Assembly (NCBI RefSeq): GCF_947497025.1
Contig: NZ_CANMFC010000010.1
Span: 3,138 to 67,137, forward strand
Direction: 5' to 3'
DNA from: an uncultured Kushneria sp.
GTDB taxonomy: Bacteria > Pseudomonadota > Gammaproteobacteria > Pseudomonadales > Halomonadaceae
DNA: 64,000 bases
Shown one piece after another: positions 20,249-33,203 of this stretch. Made by a program: the position numbers and the translations under genes. Each line of letters begins with the position of its first letter. Position 1 is the stretch's first letter. The notes beneath the pieces were generated by a model. That model ran no database searches. It was given only the letters and a program-made list of their open reading frames with translations, and was not told the DNA's origin.

Positions 20249-20710
20249 TCAGTTATCAAACCCGGGCACGACACGTGCCTGCTCAATGGTCTCGATAGGA
20301 AATCCATACTCTTCGTCATTGAACTGCAGCAGCACCTCATCGCCATCAACTCCTGCCAGCAGCCCCTTGAAACGACGCTGACCCTCGAAGGGCGCGCGCA
20401 GTTTCAACGTAATCGTGTGACCGGCAAACCGGGCAAAATGTGACAGGGAATAAAGCGGGCGATCCATCCCGGGAGAGGACACTTCAAGTTGATACTGTCC
20501 GGGGAGAGGGTCTTCTACATCCAGAAGAGCACTTACCTGCCGACTGACATCGGCACAATCATCCACACCAACACCATTTTCGTGTTCGATATAGACAACC
20601 AGCTTGGAATGCTTGCCCTGGGCACTGTAATCGATGCCCCAGAGCTCGAAGCCGAGCGCTGCGACGGCGGGTTCTATCAGCGTATGCAGTGTTTCTTGCC
20701 TGGTTGGCAC
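20249..20710 (-). CDS. rimP: Ribosome maturation factor RimP
   Basis: LIEPAVAALGFELWGIDY matches the RimP N-terminus. Start set at GTG 20710 with an AGGAGG RBS 7 nt upstream. The longer ORF would run through the tRNA-proximal terminator. Confidence 0.9.
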   Translation of the reverse strand: MPTRQETLHTLIEPAVAALGFELWGIDYSAQGKHSKLVVYIEHENGVGVDDCADVSRQVSALLDVEDPLPGQYQLEVSSPGMDRPLYSLSHFARFAGHTITLKLRAPFEGQRRFKGLLAGVDGDEVLLQFNDEEYGFPIETIEQARVVPGFDN

Positions 20711-20799
20711 GACATGGCCTCCTGCAGTGGCATCAGGCACCTGAGCGAAAATACAGGAGAGCAGATGAGGTGACTGATGAGCGATCTTGTTGCGCTGTA

Positions 20800-20827
20800 A
20801 CAAAAAGCCCCTTCAATGGAAGGGGCT
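20800..20827 (-). terminator. Hairpin/attenuator between tRNA-fMet and rimP
   Basis: Minus-strand AGCCCCTTC-catt-GAAGGGGCT followed by TTTTTG. Analogous to the terminator after metY in the E. coli metY-nusA-infB operon. Confidence 0.55.
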
Positions 20828-20861
20828 TTTCGGGAAAAATTTCCATCCATTGACACTTGGA

Positions 20862-20938
<77 letters not shown>

Positions 20939-21013
20939 TCAATAGCGCAATCAGTATAAGGACTTTGTCCTGCCGAATCAACATGATCCGTCTGTCGCGA
21001 CTTGCAGTTCCGA

Positions 21014-21100
21014 TGGTGCCGAAGGCGGGACTTGAACCCGCACGACCATAAGGTCACTACCCCCTCAAGATAGCGTGTCTACCAATTCCACCACTTCGGC
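21014..21100 (-). tRNA. leuU: tRNA-Leu (GAG)
   Basis: 87 nt with a long variable arm and anticodon loop CUUGAGG. Lies downstream of secG, as for E. coli leuU. Confidence 0.9.
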
Positions 21101-21247
21101 TTTCGGTTTGACAGAAACCTGCTTTCTGTCTTGCTCGGCATTTCTGCCGAACCAGTGACAAAGCCCTGCTGAATCGAGCGCCTCATCACTGGCGCGAGAT
21201 TATGCATCCCATGACATGATTCGTCAAGCGATGCACGACCTCATGCA

Positions 21248-21655
21248 TCAATTATCGTTGCTGCTGCCTGTAGAAGGGACGCTCAACCCATCGTCACTAC
21301 CACTTTCAGCGCCCTGCTGGGCAGCGGGCGCCCGAGGCGCGTCGTCACCATCATCCAGACTCGGCGCACTGGTACGCTGCTGCTCGATCACGCGGGCATC
21401 GGGAATACCGCTTTGTGAATCGCCGCCACGATCGACCAGCCAAGCAAGCCCCAGCGACGTTACAAAGAACAGCGCAGCGAGCACGCCTGTCAGACGGGCA
21501 AGTGTCTTGGAGGCACCCTGCGAGCCCAGTACCGTTTGTGAAGCACCGCCTCCAAAGGCAGCGCCAGCCTCGGCTCCCTTGCCGCGCTGCAAGAGCACCA
21601 GAGCAATCAGGCTGATGGCAAGAAGGACGTGAATCAAAATGATGGCAACGTACAT
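21248..21655 (-). CDS. secG: Preprotein translocase subunit SecG
   Basis: The N-terminal MYVAIILIHVLLAISLIALVLLQRGKGA is the SecG signature. Carries a low-complexity C-terminal tail. Confidence 0.9.
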   Translation of the reverse strand: MYVAIILIHVLLAISLIALVLLQRGKGAEAGAAFGGGASQTVLGSQGASKTLARLTGVLAALFFVTSLGLAWLVDRGGDSQSGIPDARVIEQQRTSAPSLDDGDDAPRAPAAQQGAESGSDDGLSVPSTGSSNDN

Positions 21656-21659
21656 TTAA

Positions 21660-22409
21660 TCAACCTGCTGCGTGACAAATCGCAATAAAGTCATCGGGTT
21701 TAAGCGAGGCGCCGCCTATCAGCCCCCCATCGATATCCGGCTGGGAAAGAAGATCGGCAGCGTTGTCGGCCTTCATGCTACCGCCATAAAGCAGACGCAT
21801 GCCTTCCCCCAGAGCGGGATCCTTACCTGACAGCCAGGAACGGATCATGGCATGCACCTCTTGCGCCTGCTCAGGCGTGGCGGTGCGGCCCGTACCAATG
21901 GCCCAGACCGGCTCATAAGCAATGACCAGCCGTGAGCACTGCTCCTGTGAAAGCGCATCCATGACCGTTCGAACCTGACCCAGCACCACCTTTTCCACCT
22001 GATCTGCTTCACGCTCTTCGAGCGTCTCACCCACACACAGTATGGGAATCAGACCGGCATCAAGGGCTACCTTAACGCGAACAAGCACGGCCTGGTCATC
22101 TTCATTGAACAGGGTACGGCGTTCGGAATGTCCCACCAGCACATGGCTGACACCGCACTCGCTCAACAGAGAGGCGCTGACTTCACCGGTATAGGCCCCG
22201 GATGCTTCAGGGTGGAGCGTCTGGGCACCGAGTCCGACACCACTTCCCTCCAGCATCTTCCCTGCTGACATAAGCAGCGTGAAAGGCGGAATAATGGTGA
22301 CATCAACACTGGAGGAAATCCGCGCCGACGACAGTGTCTGACTCATGGTTTCCAGCAGCGCCAGCGAACCATTCATCTTCCAGTTGCCGGCAATCAGCGG
22401 CTTACGCAT
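21660..22409 (-). CDS. tpiA: Triosephosphate isomerase
   Basis: AGNWKMNG, VGHSERR and AYEPVWAIGTG motifs. Confidence 0.95.
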   Translation of the reverse strand: MRKPLIAGNWKMNGSLALLETMSQTLSSARISSSVDVTIIPPFTLLMSAGKMLEGSGVGLGAQTLHPEASGAYTGEVSASLLSECGVSHVLVGHSERRTLFNEDDQAVLVRVKVALDAGLIPILCVGETLEEREADQVEKVVLGQVRTVMDALSQEQCSRLVIAYEPVWAIGTGRTATPEQAQEVHAMIRSWLSGKDPALGEGMRLLYGGSMKADNAADLLSQPDIDGGLIGGASLKPDDFIAICHAAG

Positions 22410-22518
22410 GGTGACTTCTCCCTAGCCTGTCGGGAACAGGAAAGTATTGGTAGACGCCTCCGCAAGGAGGGCGATGTTAATGGAGCGATGGCGTGAACAC
22501 AACCATGCCCCGTTTTCT

Positions 22519-23880
22519 TCAACCCTGGGCAGATGTCATGCCCTGCTCGATTTCATCGGCAATTTTCTGTGCCAACGCCTGAACATCAAAGCGCGGACGG
22601 CCTTCAACCATAACGCGAATCAGTGGTTCGGTGCCCGACGGCCTGAGCAGCACACGCCCGGATTCACCCAGCGTCTTCTCGACATCCCGGACGGCCCCGG
22701 CCACCGGAGCGCTTTCCATCAGCGCAGTCTTGTCAATGCCGGGCACCAGGCGCACGTTGATCAGCGCCTGCGGGGCCTTTTCCATCCCTTCAAGCAGTTC
22801 ATCAAGGCTTCGCTCCTCAATCACCATGGTGGCCAGCACCTGCAGGGCAGACACAATGCCGTCGCCGGTTGTCTGGGCATGACCACACAGGATATGGCCC
22901 GAAGACTCCCCGCCCAGATGCCAGTCACGCGCCTGCATCCGCTCGATGACATAGCGGTCGCCAACCCTGGCACGCTCAAAGGGAATACCCAGCTCTTCGA
23001 ACGCCGACGCCAGTCCAAAATTGCTCATCAGCGTACCGACCACGCCACCACCCAGCACACCGCGACGATGACGATCGCGAGCAATGATGTAGAGAATGTC
23101 GTCACCATCCACGATGCGACCGGAGTGATCCACCATGATCACACGATCACCGTCGCCATCAAAAGCGATGCCGAGATCAGCACCGGTCTCGAGCACCTTC
23201 TCGCGCATGACTTCCGGATGAGTAGAGCCGACCTGCTGGTTGATGTTGAGACCGTCGGGCGTGACCCCCAGCGTAATGACTTCGGCACCCAGTTCACGGA
23301 AGACATTGGGCGCAATGTGGTAGGTGGCACCGTTGGCGCAGTCGATGACGATTTTCAGACCATGCAGGCCGAAGCGGTTGGGGACCGTGGACTTGCAGAA
23401 TTCGATATAGCGTCCGGCCGCATCCTCGATGCGCACCGCCTTGCCCAGTCTGTCAGGCCCTACCGTTTCCTGAAGCCCTTCGAGCTCCCGCTCGATCTCG
23501 TCTTCCAGCGCATCAGGCAGCTTGGTGCCGTGCTGTGAAAAGAACTTGATGCCGTTATCCTGATACGGATTGTGTGAGGCGCTGATCACGACGCCTGCGC
23601 TGGCGCGCAGTGTACTGGTCAGATAGGCAATGCCCGGTGTGGGCATCGGTCCCAGCAGGGCTACATCTACCCCGGCTGCCGAAAAACCGGCTTCCAGTGC
23701 TGACTCGAACATATAGCCGGAGATACGGGTATCCTTGCCGATCAGCACGCGTGCGCGACGGTTCTGACGTGCAAAGACACGACCGGCAGCCCAGCCCAGA
23801 CGCAGCATGAAATCTGCCGTAATGGGCGCTTGGCCGACCGTGCCGCGAATACCATCCGTACCGAAATATTGTCTTGCCAT
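22519..23880 (-). CDS. glmM: Phosphoglucosamine mutase
   Basis: [10 protein letters not shown]-terminus, active-site SASHNP and FDGDGDR Mg-binding loop. Confidence 0.95.
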   Translation of the reverse strand: MARQYFGTDGIRGTVGQAPITADFMLRLGWAAGRVFARQNRRARVLIGKDTRISGYMFESALEAGFSAAGVDVALLGPMPTPGIAYLTSTLRASAGVVISASHNPYQDNGIKFFSQHGTKLPDALEDEIERELEGLQETVGPDRLGKAVRIEDAAGRYIEFCKSTVPNRFGLHGLKIVIDCANGATYHIAPNVFRELGAEVITLGVTPDGLNINQQVGSTHPEVMREKVLETGADLGIAFDGDGDRVIMVDHSGRIVDGDDILYIIARDRHRRGVLGGGVVGTLMSNFGLASAFEELGIPFERARVGDRYVIERMQARDWHLGGESSGHILCGHAQTTGDGIVSALQVLATMVIEERSLDELLEGMEKAPQALINVRLVPGIDKTALMESAPVAGAVRDVEKTLGESGRVLLRPSGTEPLIRVMVEGRPRFDVQALAQKIADEIEQGMTSAQG

Positions 23881-23882
23881 TG

Positions 23883-24737
23883 CTATTTGCCTTCCTTGAG
23901 TACTGCACTGGTCATGCCAACGGCATCAGCGCTGGCAGCGACATCATGTGTTCTGATAATCCAGGCGCCCTTGCTGACGGCAAGGGTTGTCAACGCCAAC
24001 CCACCATAGAGACGTTCATCGACCTCGCGAGACAGCGCACGACCGATCATGCCCTTGCGAGAGGTACCGACCAGCAGGGGATAGCCCAGATACTGGAGAT
24101 ACTCTAGGCGATTCATCAGACGCAGATTGTGCGCAAGCGTCTTTGCAAAGCCAAAGCCCGGATCGACCAGCAAACGATCGCCATCAATACCGACACCGCG
24201 ACAACGAGCGATCTGCTGCTCGAGAAAGGTTGCCACCTCCTCTTCGATGGGGCGTTCATAACGTGGATCATTTTGCATGTTATCGGGCTCGCCCACCATA
24301 TGCATGAGACATACGGGCAGCCCCGAGGCTGCCGCCGCCTCAAGCGCGCCCGGACGCCTTAAGGAACGGACATCGTTGATCATGCCGGCACCCGCCACGG
24401 TGATGGCCGTCATGACTTCCGGTGCACTGGTATCCACTGACACCAGTGCACCCAGCTCGCCGGTCAGTCGCTCCACGACCGGCACTACACGATCCATTTC
24501 CTGCTGTACATCAACAGGCGTGGCACCGGGTCGGGTGGACTCTCCCCCAACGTCGATGATATCGGCCCCCTCACGAAGCATCTCTTCAGCGCGGCGCAGT
24601 GCCGCATCGCTCACCGCATGCCTTCCTCCGTCAGAGAAGGAATCCGGCGTCACATTGAGAATTCCCATCACATGGGGCCGGCCCAATGACAGCCGGTGGC
24701 GCTCGCCGCACGACATGGAAGTAGTTTCTTTCGACAT
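23883..24737 (-). CDS. folP: Dihydropteroate synthase
   Basis: [16 protein letters not shown] and [11 protein letters not shown] motifs. Start set at ATG 24737 (MSKETT...) with an AGGAA RBS, downstream of the ftsH terminator. Confidence 0.92.
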   Translation of the reverse strand: MSKETTSMSCGERHRLSLGRPHVMGILNVTPDSFSDGGRHAVSDAALRRAEEMLREGADIIDVGGESTRPGATPVDVQQEMDRVVPVVERLTGELGALVSVDTSAPEVMTAITVAGAGMINDVRSLRRPGALEAAAASGLPVCLMHMVGEPDNMQNDPRYERPIEEEVATFLEQQIARCRGVGIDGDRLLVDPGFGFAKTLAHNLRLMNRLEYLQYLGYPLLVGTSRKGMIGRALSREVDERLYGGLALTTLAVSKGAWIIRTHDVAASADAVGMTSAVLKEGK

Positions 24738-24787
24738 GATGATTCCTGAAACCCGGGCTGACGACCCGCCATTATAATCACTGGACA

Positions 24788-24812
24788 TAAAAAAACCGCC
24801 CCGAAGGGCGGT
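24788..24812 (-). terminator. Intrinsic terminator/attenuator after ftsH
   Basis: Minus-strand ACCGCCC-ttcg-GGGCGGT followed by TTTTTTT. Confidence 0.75.
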
Positions 24813-24832
24813 CATGATACGTAAAGCCTCGA

Positions 24833-26815
24833 TCAATGTCCGGAGGAGCCGCCAAGCGGATCGGACGGGCGTCGCCGTGTATCATCAGCGCTGTCTCCAT
24901 CCCCTTCCGGATCTTCAACCGGGCGTACATCCGAAGGGCTGGTATCGGCAGGAGTACCCAGACCGCCGCCCGGGCCGTTGCCGCCCGGCTCCTTCGGCGG
25001 ACGCGGATCGCGACCTTCCATGATATCGTTGATCTGATCGGCATCGATGGTTTCAAACTTGATCAAGGCATCGGTCATTGCATCAAGCTTGTCACGATTG
25101 TCATGCAGGATCTGCTCGGCCTGCTTATAGCACTCGTCAATGATGCGCCGAATCTCGCGATCCAGTCTCGACGATGTTTCTGCCGAGCTGAACTTGCTGC
25201 CGCCACCGCCCGGGCCACCCAGAAACTGGTGTGACTCGTCCTCATCATACATCAGCGGCCCCATTTCCTGCGACAGCCCCCATTTGGCGACCATGTTATG
25301 AGCCAGCTCGGTGGCACGCTTGATATCATTGGAAGCACCCGTGGTCACGCCATTGGGCCCCAGCGTCATCTCTTCAGCGATACGGCCGCCGAACAATGAA
25401 CAGATCTGGCTGATGATCTGTTGACGCGTATAGCTGTAACGATCCTCGGTGGGGAGGAACATGGTGACACCCAGAGCCCGGCCGCGCGGGATAATGGTGA
25501 CCTTATAGACAGAATCATGTTCCGGCATCAGCAGGCCAATGATGGCGTGACCGGCCTCATGATAGGCCGTATTGCGCTTTTCCTTCTCGGACATGACCAT
25601 CGAGCGCTTTTCAGCCCCCATCATGATCTTGTCCTTGGCCATTTCAAGCTCTGCCATCCCAATCAGGCGACGGTTCTTGCGTGCAGCGAAAAGGGCTGCC
25701 TCGTTAACCACATTGGCAAGTTCCGCCCCTGAAAAGCCCGGGGTTCCTCGCGCAATCATCTCGGGCTTGACGTCATCGGCCAGCGGTACCTTGCGAAGAT
25801 GCACGCCCAGAATATGTTCACGGCCTCTGATGTCAGGCAGACCCACAGTGACCTGACGATCAAAACGGCCCGGGCGCAGCAGCGCAGGATCAAGCACATC
25901 GGGGCGGTTGGTGGCGGCAACGATGATGATGCCTTCATTGGCTTCAAAACCATCCATCTCGACCAGCAGCTGATTCAGGGTCTGCTCACGTTCGTCATGA
26001 CCACCGCCCATACCGGAGCCACGCGAGCGGCCCACGGCATCGATCTCATCGATGAAGATGATGCAGGGCGCCTGCTTTTTGGCCTGCTCGAACATGTCAC
26101 GCACTCGAGAGGCGCCGACACCCACAAACATTTCAACAAAGTCCGAACCCGAAATAGTGAAAAACGGTACCTGAGCCTCGCCGGCAATGGCCTTGGCCAG
26201 CAGGGTCTTGCCCGTTCCGGGAGGGCCTACCAGCAGTACGCCCCTTGGAATCTGTCCACCAAGACGCTGAAACTTGGAAGGATCCTTCAAAAAGTCGACC
26301 AGCTCCTCGACTTCTTCCTTGGCCTCGTCACAGCCGGCCACATCCTTGAAGGTTGTCTTGACCTGTTCGTGTGACAGCAGTTTGGCCTTGGACTTGCCAA
26401 AGCTCATGGGACCGCCCTTGCCGGCACCCCCGCCCTGCATCTGCCGCATAAAGAACAGAAAGATGCCCAGGATCAGCAGTATGGGGAAGCTGGCAATCAA
26501 CAAACGCGACCAGATGCTCTGCTGATCGGGCTTCTTGCCCACCACGGTCACGTTATTGCTGAGCAGATCATCCATCAGGCGCGGGTCTTCTGCAGACGGC
26601 CTGATGGTCTGAAAGCTGGAGCCATCATCGCGCTCGCCACGAATATCGTAGCCATCGATGGTGACCTGACGGATCTGGTGGTTTTGCACCTGCTCGACAA
26701 ACTGGGAATAGTTCATCGCCTGCGGCGAATTATCGACGCTGAAGTTATTGAATACCGTCAGCAGCACCGCTGCGATAATCAACCATAGGATCAGATTCTT
26801 GGCCATGTCGTTCAA
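24833..26815 (-). CDS. ftsH: ATP-dependent zinc metalloprotease FtsH
   Basis: 660 aa with Walker A GPPGTGKT, the AAA second region of homology, and the zinc motif HEAGHA. Confidence 0.96.
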   Translation of the reverse strand: MNDMAKNLILWLIIAAVLLTVFNNFSVDNSPQAMNYSQFVEQVQNHQIRQVTIDGYDIRGERDDGSSFQTIRPSAEDPRLMDDLLSNNVTVVGKKPDQQSIWSRLLIASFPILLILGIFLFFMRQMQGGGAGKGGPMSFGKSKAKLLSHEQVKTTFKDVAGCDEAKEEVEELVDFLKDPSKFQRLGGQIPRGVLLVGPPGTGKTLLAKAIAGEAQVPFFTISGSDFVEMFVGVGASRVRDMFEQAKKQAPCIIFIDEIDAVGRSRGSGMGGGHDEREQTLNQLLVEMDGFEANEGIIIVAATNRPDVLDPALLRPGRFDRQVTVGLPDIRGREHILGVHLRKVPLADDVKPEMIARGTPGFSGAELANVVNEAALFAARKNRRLIGMAELEMAKDKIMMGAEKRSMVMSEKEKRNTAYHEAGHAIIGLLMPEHDSVYKVTIIPRGRALGVTMFLPTEDRYSYTRQQIISQICSLFGGRIAEEMTLGPNGVTTGASNDIKRATELAHNMVAKWGLSQEMGPLMYDEDESHQFLGGPGGGGSKFSSAETSSRLDREIRRIIDECYKQAEQILHDNRDKLDAMTDALIKFETIDADQINDIMEGRDPRPPKEPGGNGPGGGLGTPADTSPSDVRPVEDPEGDGDSADDTRRRPSDPLGGSSGH

Positions 26816-26902
26816 GGGGACACCCTCACTACGTGATTCTGCCTGCCAGGCGTGGCCCGGTATGTGTCGGATAGCTTGGGGCGCAGCCTGTCGATTACAA
26901 GC

Positions 26903-27550
26903 TCATGCGCGAAAACCGCGCCCCAGCAGATATACTTCCCGCGATCTTGGACGCGAGGCATCGGGCTTACGAGTAACTACCTTATCGAACCGAAGGCGCA
27001 TTTCCTTTAGATACTGATCAAAACCCTCACCCTGGAAGATCTTGGTCAGAAAATCGCCACCCGGCATCAGCACCTGCTGGGCCATATCAAGTGCCAGCTC
27101 TACCAGATACATGGCTCCGGGCTGATCAATGGCCATCTGCCCACTTAAATTGGGCGCCATGTCCGATAGCACAACGTTGACCTGTCGATTACCCAGCGCC
27201 TCGAGCATAGCATGCAGCGTGCTTTCTTCCGTAAAGTCACCCTGAATGAAATCCACGCCCGCAATGGCGTCCATCTCGAGGATATCAGTGGCGATGACCT
27301 GCCCCTGATCCCCTACGCGCGCCATGGCGACCTGACTCCACCCGCCCGGAGCGGCGCCCAGATCAACCACACTCATGCCGGGCGCAAACAGACGATCGCG
27401 ATCGTCGATTTCAAGCAGCTTGTAACTGGCACGGGAGCGATAGCCATCCGCCCAGCTGCGCTTTACCCAGATATCATCAAAGTGTTCCTTCATCCAGCCA
27501 TTGTCGGCTGAAGCCTTCTTGCCGGCAGGCGGCTTTTTGGCGCGTGTCAC
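26903..27550 (-). CDS. rlmE: 23S rRNA (uridine2552-2'-O)-methyltransferase RlmE/FtsJ
   Basis: [13 protein letters not shown]...YRSRASYKL...[11 protein letters not shown] motifs. Start set at GTG 27550 (GGAAG RBS) by comparison with the E. coli RlmE N-terminus. Confidence 0.92.
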   Translation of the reverse strand: MTRAKKPPAGKKASADNGWMKEHFDDIWVKRSWADGYRSRASYKLLEIDDRDRLFAPGMSVVDLGAAPGGWSQVAMARVGDQGQVIATDILEMDAIAGVDFIQGDFTEESTLHAMLEALGNRQVNVVLSDMAPNLSGQMAIDQPGAMYLVELALDMAQQVLMPGGDFLTKIFQGEGFDQYLKEMRLRFDKVVTRKPDASRPRSREVYLLGRGFRA

Positions 27551-27707
27551 GTTAACTTCCGAAAAGAGGGATTGCCGTGCTATAGCGATCAAACACCAGC
27601 ACGATCAAGGGAAAGAACACCAAACGCGATACAACCGTTGGCGCCACTACCGTCGTGTGGAGTAAGATGATTGCACATGAAAAGGGATCGAGAGTTTTCA
27701 ACATATC

Positions 27708-28019
27708 ATGAGCCTTACAGCGGCACAAAAGAAAACCCTGCGTAGCGTCGGCCATATCCTCAATCCGGTTGTCCGGATCGGTGACAAGGGCCTGACCGAG
27801 GGTGTCACGGGTGAGCTTGAACGAGCGCTCACCGACCATGAACTGATCAAGATCAGCATCGCCGGCGCAGAGCGCGACGAGCGTGCCGGGATCATTCAAC
27901 ACTTACTGGAGCAATCAGGCGCCGAACTGGTACAAAGCATCGGCAAGACTGCCCTGCTTTACCGCCACAACCCCAGGGCCGACCCCAGGCTCTCCAACGT
28001 GGCGCGCTATACGCAGTAA
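27708..28019 (+). CDS. yhbY: RNA-binding CRM-domain protein YhbY
   Basis: The 103-aa MSLTAAQKKTLRSVGHILNPVVRIGDKGLTEGV parallels E. coli YhbY. Divergent from rlmE, as in E. coli. Confidence 0.88.
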   Translation: MSLTAAQKKTLRSVGHILNPVVRIGDKGLTEGVTGELERALTDHELIKISIAGAERDERAGIIQHLLEQSGAELVQSIGKTALLYRHNPRADPRLSNVARYTQ

Positions 28020-28061
28020 TCGTCATAAAGCGTTGACGGCCCACGCCGATGATCTGAATTC

Positions 28062-28093
28062 AAAAAGCCCCCGACAGTGTCGGGGGCTTTTTC
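28062..28093. terminator. Bidirectional intrinsic terminator between yhbY and greA
   Basis: AAAAA-GCCCCCGA-cagtg-TCGGGGGC-TTTTT. Confidence 0.8.
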
Positions 28094-28115
28094 ATGGCAG
28101 GCAATATGGCACTGA

Positions 28116-28595
28116 TCAGCCAACGTGCTCGACGCTGTCAATTTCATATTCGACATCGCCGCCGGGCGTGCGCACATTGACAACATCCCCTTCGGATTTG
28201 CCGACCAGCGCACGCGCGATGGGCGAATTGACTGAAATCTTGCCGTCCTTGATGCTGGCCTCGTCTTCACCCACGATGCGATAGGCCACTTTCTCATCGG
28301 TATCGAGGTTTAAAAGCTTGACCGTAGTGCCAAAGATGACCTTGCCGGTATGCGCCACTTTGGTGACATCAATGACCTGGGCATTGGACAGGCGCGACTC
28401 GATCTCCTGAATCCGCCCTTCAATGAACCCCTGCTGTTCACGCGCGGCGTGATACTCCGCATTTTCCTTGAGGTCGCCGTGCTCGCGCGCCTCGGCAATG
28501 TCTGCAATCACGCGCGGACGATCAACACCCTTGAGCTGGTTAAGCTCTTCACGCAGGGCCTTTTCGCCCTGCACTGTCATCGGAACCCTGGTCAT
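28116..28595 (-). CDS. greA: Transcription elongation factor GreA
   Basis: 159 aa. Has the N-terminal coiled coil with the acidic tip ([16 protein letters not shown]). Confidence 0.95.
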   Translation of the reverse strand: MTRVPMTVQGEKALREELNQLKGVDRPRVIADIAEAREHGDLKENAEYHAAREQQGFIEGRIQEIESRLSNAQVIDVTKVAHTGKVIFGTTVKLLNLDTDEKVAYRIVGEDEASIKDGKISVNSPIARALVGKSEGDVVNVRTPGGDVEYEIDSVEHVG

Positions 28596-31500
28596 GCCGT
28601 TACACTCGTATGGAGTTCCTGAAGTCGCCGCACGGTAATCTCGTTACCATACTCAAGCGCCATACACACGGCACGCGCCCCGGCCAGGGTCGTGGCATAG
28701 GGCACCTTGTGTGACAGCGCCGAGCGGCGAATCATGGAAGAATCGTTAATGGCCTGCCGCCCCTCGGTCGTGTTCACGATGTAGGCAACCTCATCGTTTT
28801 TGATCATGTCGACAATATGGGGACGGCCTTCAAACACCTTGTTGACCGCCTTGACCGGCAGACCCGCAGCCTCGATGGCCTGTGCCGTGCCATGCGTGGC
28901 GATCAACGTAAACCCTAATGTTAACAGAGAACGGGCCACGTCAATAACGCCCTCCTTGTCCGGATCACGAACAGAGAGGAACGCCTGACGATCACCACTG
29001 AGTGCCGGAATGGCCTCTCCCGCGCCCAGCTGCGCCTTGTAGAAGGCCTCGGCGAAGGTCGTACCGGTCCCCATGACCTCACCGGTCGACTTCATCTCCG
29101 GCGTCAGGATCGGATCCACGCCCGGGAACTTGTTGAAGGGAAAAACCGCTTCCTTGACGCTATAGAAGTTCGGAATGTGCTCACGGGTAAACTCAAGCTC
29201 CGCCAGCGTCTTGCCGGCCATGACGCGCGCCGCCAGCTGGGCCAGCGAGCGGCCGATGCACTTCGAGACAAACGGCACGGTACGCGAGGCACGCGGATTG
29301 ACCTCGATAACATAGACCTCGCCATCCTGCCAGGCCAGCTGCACGTTCATCAGGCCCACCACGTTGAGCTCCAGTGCCATGCGCTGCACCTGATCACGCA
29401 TGCGATCCTGCACTTCGCCCGGCAGCGAATAGGGCGGCAGCGAGCATGCCGAGTCACCGGAGTGCACCCCGGCCTGCTCGATATGTTGCATGATGCCGCC
29501 GATCACGACCTCCTTGCCGTCACTGATGGCGTCGATGTCCACCTCGATAGCGGCATTAAGGAAATGATCCAGCAGTACCGGCGAGTCGTTGGAGACCTTG
29601 ACCGCATGGGTCATGTAGTTCTCGAGCTCGTCGGCCGAATAGACGATCTCCATGGCGCGCCCCCCCAGCACATAGGACGGACGTACCACCAGCGGATAAC
29701 CGATCCTGGACGCCTTGACGAAAGCATCTTCAAAGCTGCGCGCGGTCGCGTTATGAGGCTGCTTGAGACCGAGCTTTTCGATCATCTGCTGAAAACGCTC
29801 ACGGTCCTCGGCGCGATCAATGGCATCCGGTGTAGTGCCGATAATGGGGACGCCGGCGGCTTCCAGATCACGCGCCAGCTTCAGCGGCGTCTGGCCGCCG
29901 AACTGCACGATGACCCCCACCGGCCTTTCCTTTTCGACAATGGCCAGCACGTCCTCGAGCGTTACCGGCTCAAAGTAAAGACGATCGGACGTGTCATAGT
30001 CGGTCGAGACGGTTTCAGGGTTACAGTTGACCATGATGGTCTCATAACCGTCTTCGCGCATGGCGAGTGCGGCATGGACGCAGCAGTAGTCAAACTCGAT
30101 GCCCTGACCGATCCGATTGGGGCCACCGCCCAGCACCATGATCTTTTTGCGGTCGCTGGGGTTGGCCTCGCACTCCTCTTCATAGGTGGAGTACATGTAG
30201 GCCGTTGAGGTCGCAAACTCGGCCGCGCAGGTATCCACCCGCTTGAAGACCGGACGCACATCCAGCGCCTGACGACGCTCTCTGAAGGCCTTTTCACTGA
30301 CGCCGATCAGCCGTGCCAGACGCGCATCACCAAAGCCACGACGCTTGTAGAAATAGACCTGCTTGCGACTGAGGTCGTTCAGGGAAGCCTTGGCAATCTG
30401 CCCTTCCAGAACCATCAGCTCCTGAATCTGAATCAAAAACCAGCGATCGATTTTGGTGAAGTTGAAAACGTCATCCAGCGACAGGCCGGCTCTGAAGGCA
30501 TCGGCCACATAAAAGATACGATCGGCGCCCGGACGCTGCAGCTCACCCTGCATCAGCTGACGCGACGCCTCGTCGAAACTGGCAAGCTTCGGATCCAGCC
30601 CGTCGACACCGATCTCCAGACCGCGCAGCGCCTTTTGCAGTGACTCCTGGAAGGTGCGCCCGATGGCCATGACCTCACCCACCGATTTCATCTGGGTGGT
30701 CAGCCGATCGTTTGCCTGGGGGAACTTCTCGAAGGTGAAGCGCGGAATCTTGGTCACGACATAATCGAGGGCCGGCTCAAACGAGGCCGGCGTGGTACCG
30801 CCGGTAATGTCGTTTTGCAGCTCATCAAGCGTATAGCCCACAGCCAGCTTGGCCGCGACCTTTGCGATCGGGAAACCGGTGGCCTTGGACGCCAGTGCCG
30901 AGGAGCGAGAGACACGCGGATTCATCTCGATAACCACCATGCGCCCGGTATCCGGATCCACGCCAAACTGCACGTTGGAGCCGCCGGTTTCGACGCCGAT
31001 TTCCCGCAGTACCGCCAGCGATGCATTACGCATGATCTGGTACTCTTTATCGGTCAGCGTCTGCGCCGGTGCCACGGTAATGGAGTCACCGGTATGCACG
31101 CCCATCGGATCGAAGTTTTCGATCGCGCACACAATGATGCAGTTGTCGTTTTTATCCCGCACGACCTCCATCTCGTACTCTTTCCAGCCCAGCAGTGATT
31201 CGTCGATCAGCAGCTCATGGTTGGAAGAGAGCTCAAACCCCCGATGGCAGATCTCTTCAAACTCTTCCCGGTTGTAGGCCACGCCGCCACCGGAGCCACC
31301 CATGGTATAGGACGGACGAATAATGCAGGGAAAGCCCAGCTCGGACTGGATTTCCCAGGCCTCCGGCATCGAGTGCGCCACCTTGGCCTTCGGACACTCA
31401 AGGCCGATGTTTTTCATCGCCTTGTCAAAAAGATCCCGGTCTTCGGCCTTTTCGATGGTCTTGGCATTGGCACCGATCAGCTCGACGCCGAAGTCATCCA

Positions 31501-31822
31501 GAATGCCGCGGCGGTCGAGTTCAAGCGCACAGTTGAGCGCGGTCTGCCCGCCCATGGTCGGCAGCACCGCATCGGGGCGCTCGCGCTCGATAATGCGTGC
31601 GACGGTTTCCCAGGTGACCGGTTCGATATAGGTGGCATCCGCCATGACCGGGTCGGTCATGATGGTGGCCGGATTGGAGTTGACCAGAATGACCCGGTAT
31701 CCCTCCTCACGCAGCGCCTTGCAGGCCTGGGCGCCGGAATAGTCGAATTCACAGGCCTGGCCGATAACGATGGGGCCAGCGCCAATGATCAAAATGCTTT
31801 TCAGGTCAGTACGTTTTGGCAT
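28592..31822 (-). CDS. carB: Carbamoyl-phosphate synthase large subunit
   Basis: 1076 aa with duplicated ATP-grasp halves and a C-terminal MGS-like allosteric domain. Confidence 0.96.
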   Translation of the reverse strand: MPKRTDLKSILIIGAGPIVIGQACEFDYSGAQACKALREEGYRVILVNSNPATIMTDPVMADATYIEPVTWETVARIIERERPDAVLPTMGGQTALNCALELDRRGILDDFGVELIGANAKTIEKAEDRDLFDKAMKNIGLECPKAKVAHSMPEAWEIQSELGFPCIIRPSYTMGGSGGGVAYNREEFEEICHRGFELSSNHELLIDESLLGWKEYEMEVVRDKNDNCIIVCAIENFDPMGVHTGDSITVAPAQTLTDKEYQIMRNASLAVLREIGVETGGSNVQFGVDPDTGRMVVIEMNPRVSRSSALASKATGFPIAKVAAKLAVGYTLDELQNDITGGTTPASFEPALDYVVTKIPRFTFEKFPQANDRLTTQMKSVGEVMAIGRTFQESLQKALRGLEIGVDGLDPKLASFDEASRQLMQGELQRPGADRIFYVADAFRAGLSLDDVFNFTKIDRWFLIQIQELMVLEGQIAKASLNDLSRKQVYFYKRRGFGDARLARLIGVSEKAFRERRQALDVRPVFKRVDTCAAEFATSTAYMYSTYEEECEANPSDRKKIMVLGGGPNRIGQGIEFDYCCVHAALAMREDGYETIMVNCNPETVSTDYDTSDRLYFEPVTLEDVLAIVEKERPVGVIVQFGGQTPLKLARDLEAAGVPIIGTTPDAIDRAEDRERFQQMIEKLGLKQPHNATARSFEDAFVKASRIGYPLVVRPSYVLGGRAMEIVYSADELENYMTHAVKVSNDSPVLLDHFLNAAIEVDIDAISDGKEVVIGGIMQHIEQAGVHSGDSACSLPPYSLPGEVQDRMRDQVQRMALELNVVGLMNVQLAWQDGEVYVIEVNPRASRTVPFVSKCIGRSLAQLAARVMAGKTLAELEFTREHIPNFYSVKEAVFPFNKFPGVDPILTPEMKSTGEVMGTGTTFAEAFYKAQLGAGEAIPALSGDRQAFLSVRDPDKEGVIDVARSLLTLGFTLIATHGTAQAIEAAGLPVKAVNKVFEGRPHIVDMIKNDEVAYIVNTTEGRQAINDSSMIRRSALSHKVPYATTLAGARAVCMALEYGNEITVRRLQELHTSVTA

Positions 31823-31910
31823 GACGATTTCACTGCGTCGAAAAATGGGATGCGAACAAGTCGGATGCGATGGCGACCCGGCGCCGGCATAAGCCGCCGC
31901 CGGGACCGGG

Positions 31911-33065
31911 TCAGGCTGCCTGACGGCGGCCCTCCATCATGGCCACAAAGCGATCAAACAGCGGTGAAACATCATGTGGCCCGGGACTGGCTTCCGGATG
32001 CCCCTGAAAGCTGAAGGCCGGTGTATCGGTCAATTCGATCCCCTGCAGGGTTTGATCAAACAGCGACCGATGGGTGGCCCGCACATTGGCCGGCAGGGAG
32101 GCCTCGTCAACAGCAAAACCATGGTTCTGACTGGTGATCATGACATGGCCGCGATCGATATCCAGCACCGGATGATTGGCGCCGTGATGGCCCTGTTTCA
32201 TCTTGACGGTTTTCGCCCCACTGGCCAGGGCCAGCAGCTGATGCCCCAGACAGATGCCAAAGACCGGCGTCCCGGTGGCCAGAATCTCCTGAATGGCCCG
32301 GATGGCATAGTCACACGGCTCCGGGTCACCCGGGCCGTTGGCCAGAAAAACGCCGTCCGGATTCATCGCCATCACCTCACTGGCGGGCGTCTGCGGCGGC
32401 ACCACGGTCAGGCGGCAGCCCCGGCTGGTCAGCATGCGAAAGATGTTGTGCTTGGTACCGAAGTCATAGGCCACCACGTGCCAGGGGCGTTCGCGCTGGC
32501 GAAAATCGGCGTATCCCTTGCTCAGCTGCCACTCACCGTCATGCCACTCATGAATCTCGCGGGTACCGGCCTCGCGAGCCAGATCCATCCCCTTGAGCCC
32601 CGGGAAGGCTTTTGCAGCCGCCAGGGCACGCGCCACGGCCTCATCCCCCTGGGCATCCACCCCGGCCACAATGGCACCGTTTTGTGCTCCCTTGTCACGC
32701 AGAAGTCGGGTCAGACGGCGCGTATCGATATCGGCAATGCCCAGAATGCCATGGGCCGCCAGATAGTCATCGAGCGCCCGGACACTGCGGAAATTGCTGA
32801 CCAGACGAGGCAGATCGCGAATGACCAGGCCGGCAGCATGAATGCGGTGGGATTCAACATCCTCTTCATTGATGCCGGTATTGCCGATATGGGGGTAGGT
32901 GAGCGTGACAATCTGGCGAGAGTAGGAAGGGTCGGTCAGGATCTCCTGATAGCCCGTCATGGCCGTATTGAAGACCACCTCGCCACTGGTTTCTCCGTCG
33001 GCGCCAATGGAGACGCCGTGAAATACGCTGCCATCCTCGAGCGCCAGAATCGCGGGTTTGATCAA
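31911..33065 (-). CDS. carA: Carbamoyl-phosphate synthase small (glutaminase) subunit
   Basis: GICLGHQ catalytic Cys. Start set at TTG 33065 ([17 protein letters not shown], compare E. coli MIKSALLVLEDGTQFHG) with a GGAGG RBS 8 nt upstream. Confidence 0.93.
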   Translation of the reverse strand: MIKPAILALEDGSVFHGVSIGADGETSGEVVFNTAMTGYQEILTDPSYSRQIVTLTYPHIGNTGINEEDVESHRIHAAGLVIRDLPRLVSNFRSVRALDDYLAAHGILGIADIDTRRLTRLLRDKGAQNGAIVAGVDAQGDEAVARALAAAKAFPGLKGMDLAREAGTREIHEWHDGEWQLSKGYADFRQRERPWHVVAYDFGTKHNIFRMLTSRGCRLTVVPPQTPASEVMAMNPDGVFLANGPGDPEPCDYAIRAIQEILATGTPVFGICLGHQLLALASGAKTVKMKQGHHGANHPVLDIDRGHVMITSQNHGFAVDEASLPANVRATHRSLFDQTLQGIELTDTPAFSFQGHPEASPGPHDVSPLFDRFVAMMEGRRQAA

Positions 33066-33203
33066 TGCAACGTCCTCCACAGGGCAAAAGAAACTGTCAG
33101 CGAAAGCGACATGCCACCACGCTGACCGCAAAACCGGCCGTCTGGCGACCCCGTCGACCATGCCCGCCCGGCGCGTTCTGACGGCAGGCGCGACCCCCGG
33201 GCT

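Noticed and set aside
22447-23538. Long antisense ORFs opposite glmM. The same class occurs at 3160-4122 (metX), 29177-30208 and 31217-33125 (carB/carA), 33393-34226 (dapB), 36963-40630 (fdsB/fdsA) and 42082-43290 (binding-protein gene).
   Set aside because: Every one mirrors a confidently identified gene on the other strand and has an arginine/glycine/histidine-rich, low-information translation. None has its own RBS/start context or domain signature.
31823-31910. 88-nt carA-carB spacer with a GC-rich stem (CCCGGCG...CGCCGGG on the minus strand)
   Set aside because: It is too short for a gene (Pseudomonas has an ORF here) and has no U tract. It is most likely an ordinary intercistronic structure, and nothing else distinguishes it.
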